Below, piece by piece: positions 53,339-61,500 of a stretch of 64,000 nt of DNA. The DNA is from Gammaproteobacteria bacterium (GTDB taxonomy: Bacteria > Pseudomonadota > Gammaproteobacteria > Chromatiales > Chromatiaceae). The notes beneath the pieces were generated by a model, which did no database searches, was not told the origin of the DNA, and saw nothing but the letters and a program-made list of their open reading frames with translations. Position 1 is the first letter of the stretch. Each line of letters opens with the position of its first letter. The stretch is from assembly GCA_020630515.1 (NCBI GenBank), contig JAHDBG010000001.1:3197-67196 (forward strand), read 5' to 3'. A program made the translations under genes and the position numbers.

Positions 53339-54159
53339 AAAACAGGTTTGGCAGGGTGTGGTTGTAGTGCGACGACGTAAGCCAGATAATCATCCTGAGA
53401 CAAGGCCAGCCCCTGGCAATGCCAGTGTGTGCCGGAGTCGTTCAGTTCCGGTGCACAATGCAGTTGCCAGAGACTGTGATCGGCAGCGGTAAAATGGAAT
53501 TGTTGCAAAGGCAGGTACAGCCCCATGCCACGCGCCTTGATATAGGCTTCTTTCAGGGTCCAGTAGGTATAAAACCGAGTGCATTGCGCGTCACCGGCAT
53601 GATTCAGCACATCCTCCAGCTCCGGACCGGCATATACACTGCGACTGATGCTGACCAGGTCGGTCAATGCGCGCGCGCCTTCGACATCCACACCGATCGC
53701 ACGGTTCAGGCTGACCGCACATCCGATCAGACCCCGGGTATGCGACAGATTAAACTGCAGCCAAGTATGGTCAGGGTTGGCCACTGCCGGTTTACCATAC
53801 CGATTATGGCTATAATACCACTCGTCTGGTGTGATTTCAGCATACCGGCTCAGGCTGGTACGCAAAAAATGATGCGCTGCCTGATATAGCAGACGATCCT
53901 TCGCAAACCGGTAGCGTTGGGCGCGGGTCTGTTCAGCACGGTTGAGTGACGGATAAGTGGCATGGGCTGCCGGGCGCAGCAGATGTATCTGCACCTGATC
54001 CGGTGCCAGGTGTAGCCTGCCATGCAATGGTAGCGGCGCACTGTCGCCGGTGCCGATGATGCTGGTAAAGGCACTGTATTCGCCCTGATCTGTGGTCTGC
54101 CAGGCCAGCAGGGCATGTGCCTGACGCAACCGGTTTGTTAAGGAGAATGGTTCTGTCAT
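53335..54159 (-). CDS. Sfp-type 4'-phosphopantetheinyl transferase
   Basis: IGVDVE and FYTYWTLKEAYIKARG are present. The start is uncertain. ATG 54159 would overlap the divergent murJ start by 13 nt, and the track start at 54261 overlaps further. Confidence 0.78.
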   Translation of the reverse strand: MTEPFSLTNRLRQAHALLAWQTTDQGEYSAFTSIIGTGDSAPLPLHGRLHLAPDQVQIHLLRPAAHATYPSLNRAEQTRAQRYRFAKDRLLYQAAHHFLRTSLSRYAEITPDEWYYSHNRYGKPAVANPDHTWLQFNLSHTRGLIGCAVSLNRAIGVDVEGARALTDLVSISRSVYAGPELEDVLNHAGDAQCTRFYTYWTLKEAYIKARGMGLYLPLQQFHFTAADHSLWQLHCAPELNDSGTHWHCQGLALSQDDYLAYVVALQPHPAKPVL

Positions 54160-55688
54160 TATTTCGCGCTGTCTCAACAGTGGGTTTTTATACCACCTTA
54201 TCACGACTCCTGGGGTTTGTGCGTGATTTAGTATTCGCGCATAGCTTCGGGGCGAGTGCATTCACCGATGCCTTTTTTGTCGCCTTCAGGATCCCGAATT
54301 TTTTACGCCGGTTATTTGCTGAAGGTGCCTTTGCCACGGCCTTTGTGCCGGTCCTGACGGAATACAAGGCGCAACGCAGCCCGGCAGATCTGAAGTCATT
54401 GATTGACCATGTGGCCGGTACCCTCGCGCTGATATTATGTCTGATCTCTGTTCTGGGGATATTGCTGGCTCCGGTGATTATCGGTCTGTTTGCGATTGGC
54501 TGGGTATCGGATGACGCTGCCGGGGAGAAGCTGGCACTGGCGGGCGAGATGTTACGCCTGACCTTTCCGTATCTGTTTTTTATCTCACTGACCGCATTTG
54601 CCGGTGGGGTGATGCAGGTACACAACCGGTTTGCTGCACCGGCGTTTACCCCGGTGTTGCTCAATCTGTCCCTGATCGGTTGTGCATTATGGCTCAGTCC
54701 GTGGCTGGAACAGCCCGTGGTGGCCCTGGCCTGGGGGGTGCTGATTGCGGGGGTCAGCCAGTGTGTCTTTCAGATTCCGTTTCTGGCACAACTGAAGCTG
54801 CTGCCGCGTTTCCGGATCTCGTTCCGGCATCCGGGGGTGCGCCGTATTCTGCGCCTGATGCTGCCCGCCTTATTTGCGGTCTCCATCACTCAGATCAATC
54901 TATTGCTGGATACGGTCCTGGCGTCTTTTCTGGTCAGTGGCAGCATCTCCTGGCTGTATTATTCAGATCGCCTGGTTGAATTTCCGCTCGGTATCTTAGG
55001 GGTGGCGATGAGCACGGTGCTGTTGCCGCGCTTAGCGCGTGATCAGGCCGGGCAGGCCCCGGCTGAATTTGCTCGTAACCTGGACTGGGGGTTGCGGCTG
55101 ATCGTATTCTGCGGTGTGCCTGCTGCGGCTGGCCTGGTAATACTGGCCGGGCCGATCATTGCAACCCTGTTTCTGTCAGATGTCTTTGTGGCGCACGATG
55201 TGCAGATGGCCCGGCTCAGCCTGATGGCCTATGCCAGTGGTCTGCTGGCCTTTCTGCTGATCAAGGTGCTGGCTGCCGCCTGTTATGCACAGCAGGATAC
55301 CCGCACCCCGGTACGTATTGGCATGATCGCCATGTCGGTGAATATGGTGTTTAACCTTCTGCTGATTGTGCCACTGCAACATACCGGCCTGGCACTGGCG
55401 ACCAGCCTGTCGGCCTGCCTGAATGCATTTCTGTTATGGCGTAGTCTGCGTACTGTGTACCAGCCGGTAGCCGGTTGGGGATTATTCTGCGCGCGTATTG
55501 TGATTGCGGGTGGCGTAATGAGCCTGTTGCTGGTGTGGCTGGCACCACCGCTGTCAGTGTGGCTGGATCAGGCCCTGTGGCAACGTGTGTTGTCGCTGTT
55601 GTTATGGATACCACTGGGGATAGCGACTTATATCGTGACCTTGTTGCTCAGCGGTATGCGCTGGCGACATATCTCACACTCAGCCTGA
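54147..55688 (+). CDS. murJ: Lipid II flippase MurJ
   Basis: TLSRLLGFVRDLVFAHSFGAS...FFVAFRIPNFLRRLFAEGAF is the MurJ N-terminus. An AGGAG RBS sits at 54141-54145. Confidence 0.9.
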   Translation: MVLSLFRAVSTVGFYTTLSRLLGFVRDLVFAHSFGASAFTDAFFVAFRIPNFLRRLFAEGAFATAFVPVLTEYKAQRSPADLKSLIDHVAGTLALILCLISVLGILLAPVIIGLFAIGWVSDDAAGEKLALAGEMLRLTFPYLFFISLTAFAGGVMQVHNRFAAPAFTPVLLNLSLIGCALWLSPWLEQPVVALAWGVLIAGVSQCVFQIPFLAQLKLLPRFRISFRHPGVRRILRLMLPALFAVSITQINLLLDTVLASFLVSGSISWLYYSDRLVEFPLGILGVAMSTVLLPRLARDQAGQAPAEFARNLDWGLRLIVFCGVPAAAGLVILAGPIIATLFLSDVFVAHDVQMARLSLMAYASGLLAFLLIKVLAAACYAQQDTRTPVRIGMIAMSVNMVFNLLLIVPLQHTGLALATSLSACLNAFLLWRSLRTVYQPVAGWGLFCARIVIAGGVMSLLLVWLAPPLSVWLDQALWQRVLSLLLWIPLGIATYIVTLLLSGMRWRHISHSA

Positions 55689-55731
55689 ATTCTGCAGTGA
55701 CCAGGTATGTTGCAGAGTGTCTGAGCAGATT

Positions 55732-57783
55732 CTATCCGGAGGTAACCTGAGTATGCCAGAGCTGGGCGTATAAGCCATCTGTCGCTAACAGTTTCTGGTG
55801 CGTTCCCTGCTCCACAATGTGTCCCTGGTCCAGTACAAATATTTTATCGGCCTTGACGACAGATCGCAGATGGTGCGAAATTGAAATCACAGTACGTGCT
55901 TTGCTCAGGGCGTGAATAGTGGCGTCAACAGCAGCGGCTGTTTCGGCATCTAGGCTACTGGTGGCTTCATCCAGAATCAGGATAGCAGGGTTGCAAAGCA
56001 TGGCACGTGCTATAGCAATACGTTGCTTTTGTCCGCCAGAGAGGCGTCCACCGGCTTCACCAGCATTGGTTTCATAGCCTTCAGGTAGTGTCATGATAAA
56101 GTCGTGCAGTTCGGCAGCTTGTGCGACCCTGATCACGTCTGTGTTTGTGGCATCAGGCTTAACGATGCGGATGTTATTCAGGATACTGGTATTGAAGATG
56201 AAGGTTTCCTGCAGGACGATGCCCATTTGCTGACGCAGTGAGGTTTGTGTGATGTCACGTACATCCATCCCATCAATGGTGATTCGCCCTGTACCGACTT
56301 CATAAAAGCGCAGCAGTAGATTGAACAGGGTGCTCTTGCCTGCACCACTGGGGCCCACAAAGGCCACAAACTGACCACTTTCGATGCTGAAGTCCACCTG
56401 GTTCAGTTGATAGCCTGTCTTGGTATAGCCGAATGAAACATGATCAAAATGAATCACCTGACAGAAAGCGGGTAGTTCAATGGCGGCAGGTGCATCCACA
56501 ATCTCCGCCTGCTTCCGGAATAACAGGTCTACCCGGCGTAGTCCGACACCAGACATAATCAATGAGTGAAGCCGGTTGCGGAACAGTTGGCGAACATTCT
56601 GATGTGCCGCCATCTGAGCTACCATGTAGGAGACGAGTGCCCCGACTGACAGGTATCCACCACTGAGCAGCAACAGGCCCGCCGAAACAGAGATCAGTTG
56701 GGCTGAGAATAGTGAGATGACCGAGGAACTCTCAAACATCGCCCGGCTGAAAAGCGATTCGGTGGTCTTGTCTTCCAGTTTGTTCAACTCTCCGAGAAAA
56801 CAGTCCTGGATGAATGGATGCGTGCTGAAGCTCTTGACGACTGGTTGTGCCCGCACCCCTTCCTGCACTGCGTGAATCATCAGTGCTTCCTGGTTTTTGA
56901 GCGCAAAGTTGGCTTGTGCAACGCGAGGTGAGAACTCCCGCAGAATGTATGCCATCAGAGGTAGGGAGAGCAGGCTGATCAGAGCCATTTGCCAGGAAAG
57001 CCAGAACATGAAGGCGATGCTTACGCCAAGCGTCAACAGGTCTACCATACTTGGCAATAATTGTGCGCCCATGCCCATCCTGACATACAACATATCGGAA
57101 GAAAAACGCGCCAGAATATCACCCAGCCTGGTCTTTTTATAAAAACCTGGTGAAAGCCTTTGCAGGTGTTCAAAGATATCGTACTGAATATCCTTCACAA
57201 TCCGACTACCTAGGCGGGCGGAGATTCTTTCACCCACTATAGTCGCCAGCACCACGACAGGAAAACTGATCAGAAGTGCTTGCAGGATGGGGCCGATTGC
57301 AGCAAGTCCACCAGCCGTGCCAACTCCGTCTATAATCACCTTTAGTGCATAGGCAAATGTGGTCTGATAGAGGCCAAAAACCAGTAAACCTGCGCCGCTG
57401 AACAGTGCTACACCCCAGTATGGACGCCAGTATTTTGAGATATAGCGTCTGAGCAGACGTAAATCGCTCCTGATCGAATATTCCGTTTCCTTGGTGACCT
57501 GTCTCGTGGGCTGGTCATGCGTGATTTGTTTCTCTTCCCACGGAGATAAACTTGTTTTAAATAACGGTTCCTTGGTCTGGCGTGAAATCGGGACAACCTG
57601 ATCCAGCTTCAGCTTTTTGCTAATCGTTATAATCTGATCATATAAGGAAAAGCGGGTTTTGTGTTCGTGCTCCTGTGGAGGAGATATGGTCTCAATTAAT
57701 TTTTTCTTGCGACAATTCGCCTGGTACTTTAGTGATCCCAGCGTGACAATGCCTCCAGTCACAATTAAGGCGGAAATCAACAT
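55732..57783 (-). CDS. ABC exporter (fused permease and ATPase, MsbA-like) with a ~100-aa N-terminal extension
   Basis: Walker A GPSGAGKST, signature LSGGQKQR and Walker B ILILDEATS are present, with a six-TM-type N-terminal half. Confidence 0.9.
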   Translation of the reverse strand: MLISALIVTGGIVTLGSLKYQANCRKKKLIETISPPQEHEHKTRFSLYDQIITISKKLKLDQVVPISRQTKEPLFKTSLSPWEEKQITHDQPTRQVTKETEYSIRSDLRLLRRYISKYWRPYWGVALFSGAGLLVFGLYQTTFAYALKVIIDGVGTAGGLAAIGPILQALLISFPVVVLATIVGERISARLGSRIVKDIQYDIFEHLQRLSPGFYKKTRLGDILARFSSDMLYVRMGMGAQLLPSMVDLLTLGVSIAFMFWLSWQMALISLLSLPLMAYILREFSPRVAQANFALKNQEALMIHAVQEGVRAQPVVKSFSTHPFIQDCFLGELNKLEDKTTESLFSRAMFESSSVISLFSAQLISVSAGLLLLSGGYLSVGALVSYMVAQMAAHQNVRQLFRNRLHSLIMSGVGLRRVDLLFRKQAEIVDAPAAIELPAFCQVIHFDHVSFGYTKTGYQLNQVDFSIESGQFVAFVGPSGAGKSTLFNLLLRFYEVGTGRITIDGMDVRDITQTSLRQQMGIVLQETFIFNTSILNNIRIVKPDATNTDVIRVAQAAELHDFIMTLPEGYETNAGEAGGRLSGGQKQRIAIARAMLCNPAILILDEATSSLDAETAAAVDATIHALSKARTVISISHHLRSVVKADKIFVLDQGHIVEQGTHQKLLATDGLYAQLWHTQVTSG

Positions 57784-57786
57784 TTT

Positions 57787-58563
57787 TTAAGTGCCTCGGA
57801 GATTTTTTGCCAGGGGGACTAAACATGATGAGCCGACAGCCTCCTGAATCAGGGCGCGGGCTAGTGCAAGCGTCGGATCAATCATCCGCAGTCCGCACAG
57901 CAGATGTGCATCAACGGCTGGCGGTAACTCTGTACAGGCTAATAGCACGGCGTCCGCATGGCGTTCCTTCAGGTGCATCACCCCGCGACCCAGCAGGCGT
58001 CTGGCCTGCTTTGATGCCGGGTGGCAGATCGCCTTAATGCCCCAGATGGGATCATAGATTGCCGGATGCATCACTTCTGCCTGCATGGTTGAGGCAGGCA
58101 GGATCAGGTCTATGCCTAATTGTGCAAATGCGACCTCATAGACGCCGGACTGATATGTACCATTCGTTCCGAACAGGCCGGGACGCTGAATGTCCGGGTA
58201 ATGTTTCTGCACAAACTGCACGGTCTCATCCGCCATATTGAGCAGCCTGATGCCCAGTGCCGCAGCACGTTCCTGAAGTGGCTCAAAGATGGTCGGGGCG
58301 TGTGCGGTGTTACACGGCATACCGACAACAGCAGCACCAGCGCGTGCCACCGATTCCAGTACATGCGATAGCGGGCCTGAGGGGTTATCAGGCAACTGTC
58401 CTGACAGGAAGGCACTTCGATCCGGAATCTGATGTGGGAATGAGTGCAGAATAACCGGAATATGTTCCTGATCGGTGCTGGCCTGAGTCTGGGTGTGTAT
58501 CTTCTGTATCAGATCAATGTCCGCAAATGGCCCAATGCCGCCGATGATGCCGATAGGTTGCAT
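57787..58563 (-). CDS. Aspartate/glutamate-racemase-family amino-acid racemase
   Basis: IGIIGGIGPFA is present, with two catalytic cysteine contexts, MPCNTAHA and LLACTELP. Confidence 0.8.
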   Translation of the reverse strand: MQPIGIIGGIGPFADIDLIQKIHTQTQASTDQEHIPVILHSFPHQIPDRSAFLSGQLPDNPSGPLSHVLESVARAGAAVVGMPCNTAHAPTIFEPLQERAAALGIRLLNMADETVQFVQKHYPDIQRPGLFGTNGTYQSGVYEVAFAQLGIDLILPASTMQAEVMHPAIYDPIWGIKAICHPASKQARRLLGRGVMHLKERHADAVLLACTELPPAVDAHLLCGLRMIDPTLALARALIQEAVGSSCLVPLAKNLRGT

Positions 58564-58568
58564 GGAGT

Positions 58569-61500
58569 CTACTCAGACAGCAGCTCAGCAAGCCGACTGT
58601 CCGGCTGCGTAATAATCTGTGCCAGCAGCTTCTGGTATTGTGCCAGCAATTGCACCATGCGATCAGCCTGAAATAAATCTGCCTTATAAGTCAGTTTCAG
58701 ACGGAAATCTGCGTCACTGTCGTGATCATTAAACTCGGTCTCGTCCACTTCTCCGACCAGTAAGCTGAAGTCGAACATGGAGGTCTGATGATTAGTGAAT
58801 GTTATCGGCTCAACGGTCAGGCCCGGTAGGCGAAGCGGGTGTTTTTCCAGATTGACCATATTGAACCACACTGTAAACACAGGTTCGCGATTCAGATCAC
58901 GTTGTGGGTGCAGCTCGGCCATGACCTTCTCAAAGGGGACTTCCTGGTGGGTATAGGCCCCTAAGACTACCTGACGCACCCGATGTAACAAATCACGGAA
59001 GGTGAGATCTCCCTGCAAGGTTGTACGCAGCACCAGCGGGCTGACGAAATACCCAAAGATGTCTTCTACTCCGGCACGTGTGCGACCGGCGTTCGGCGAA
59101 CCAATAATGATATCTTCCTGTCCCGTTTTGTGACAGAGCAAGGCCTTGAAGGCGGTCAGCATCGTCATGAACAGCGTACTGTTTTCCTGCTGGCTCAGTT
59201 GTCTGAGTGCCGCCATCAGCGGTTTAGTCAGATAGGCTGATTGCTTCTCTCCCCTGAAGGAAGGCTGTGCGGGCTGTGGATAATCTTGTGGAAAGGTGAG
59301 AACAGGAATCTCCCCTCCCAGATGCTCCTTCCAGTAGCCCAACGATCTGGTCAGCACGTCACCCTGCAGCGTGTGCCGCTGCCAGTAAGCAAAATCGGCG
59401 TACTGCAGCGACAGCCCGGGTAAGGAAGCCGGTCTTCCTTGTGAGAAGTCCGCATACAGCACAGATAACTCCCGGAACAGCCTTCTTCTTGACCAGCCGT
59501 CAGTAATAATGTGGTGGAACGTAGACAGGAGAATATGCTCCTGTGCATCTAAACGTAACAGGGTGATACGAAATAGCGGTCCCTGTGCCAGATCAAAGGG
59601 ATGGTTGGCATTGTCGTGTTTCAACCGCCTGATTTCGCGTGCCTGATCTGCTTGTGACAAACCCTGTAAGTCAACCAGTGGCAGGCTGACATTCTCTGCA
59701 GGATGGATACGCTGGATCGCTTGTCCGTCCACCACCGGGAAGGTCGTGCGTAGGCCTTCGTGACGATGTACCAGGAAGGATAGACTTTTTTCCAGTGCCT
59801 CGACGTTGAGGGGGCCGCTGAGATGCCGGAACTTTGAGATCTTATAGCTCACGCTCTCGCCTGCCAGCTGTTGCCAGCTCCACAGCCGTTCCTGCGCAAA
59901 TGAAAGCGGTATCTGACGATCCCGTGGCACGGGTTGGATTGGCTCGGTACGCTGAGAAACCGCGCCCTTCTGACGGGTCTCAGCCAGGTCGGTAATCCGC
60001 TGATAGCCAAAGCGCTCAGCCATTTGCCAAGTGATGTCGCCTAAAAAATCGACCTGATACGTCTCTTTCCATTTGTCGGCGACGCCGGGATCAATACGTT
60101 TGTGCTGATGGAACTTGGGATCACCAATCTGCCTTGATCCTGAATGAATACCATCCGTCATACGTGTCTTTTTGTCTTTATGTGGCTCTAACATTTCTGT
60201 GTCAAAGTCTATGTTTAAAAACTGACAAATGCCTTGGGCCGCGTTGTGAGGGTCTTGCACCAGGTCTTCGAAGCGCAGGCGGTGTTGACGATGCGCCGGA
60301 ATCTGTTCAAAGAAATTGAGGATATTCTGCTGGCTAATCAGCCAAGTCAGTTCAGCAATCTCGCGTCTGGTAAATTCATTGTCCTTGCCGAATCGATTAC
60401 CCAGCAAGTCGAATCTAGCCTTTTCAAACGAGTGAATCATGCCATAAGGGTGACGCACCAGATGGATATACCGGGCGTTCTCAAAATACATCTCGGCACG
60501 CGCAAGTGCATCCGGGTACAAGGCATACGAAGAGGTCTTATCCACCAGAATCTGCTGTCCGATGGCTTGTTGCAGCACACGATAAAATTCCTGTGTGGTC
60601 AGCTGTTGTTGCTCGTATTTCTGCATCAGGCGCGTTGCCTCTGCGCCATCACAGTCGTGTACCTGCATCAAGGCGCGGATCGTGCCCTCCAGCGAAAAGC
60701 GGGCAACCTCTTTACGTTGTGCCAATGTCTCAAACCGTAAGAGCGACAGGGTCGGGGGAGAAAATAATTGTGGGTGGCCACCCAGCATCACGCGCAACAA
60801 GGTCGTTCCGGACCGATTCGGGGCCAGAACGAAAACGGCAGGTGGGTTTTTCGTCGGGAAACGCTTGCTATCATCCAGCCACGATGGCAACGTTTGCCGT
60901 GCCTGAGCGACCTTCGTGGCATCAATGCCGGATGTGAGTGGCTCTGCTGTGGCGTCTGAGGCAAATTCAATACCTGAAACTTGGGCTGCAGCATCCCGAT
61001 AGTGTTGCTTGAGGTAGCAGGCCAGTTCCGCCACGGTAGGCGCACTGAATATCGCGGCAATCTGCACGATCTCGCCAAGTGCTTCCTGCAGAGTATTGGT
61101 CAGCCGCATCGCACTGAGCGAATGTCCTCCCAGTTCAAAGAAATCATCATGGATGCCGATTGCCTCAATGCCAAAGAAATCCTGCCAGATATCGGCCACA
61201 AATTGTTCCAGTTTATCTCTGGGTGCAGAATAGGCCTGGGCCAGTATTGGTCGTTCATATCCTGACTTGGCTGGCGCATCGTCTTCCGCCGCAGGCTGCG
61301 AAGAAAGCACCGGGCAGGCATGCGCCTCAATGCTGGCCTGCAAATCCTGACCAGAGATGATCACCTGCGGCCAGGTTGCTCGCAGGATACGACTGAACAG
61401 CTCAGCCTGTTCACTATCTGACGGCGCCTCCTGTTCTGTACACCGGATATCGCGCCAGGCAGACCAGTTGACTGCCAGAACGAGTGTCTCATCATCATGT

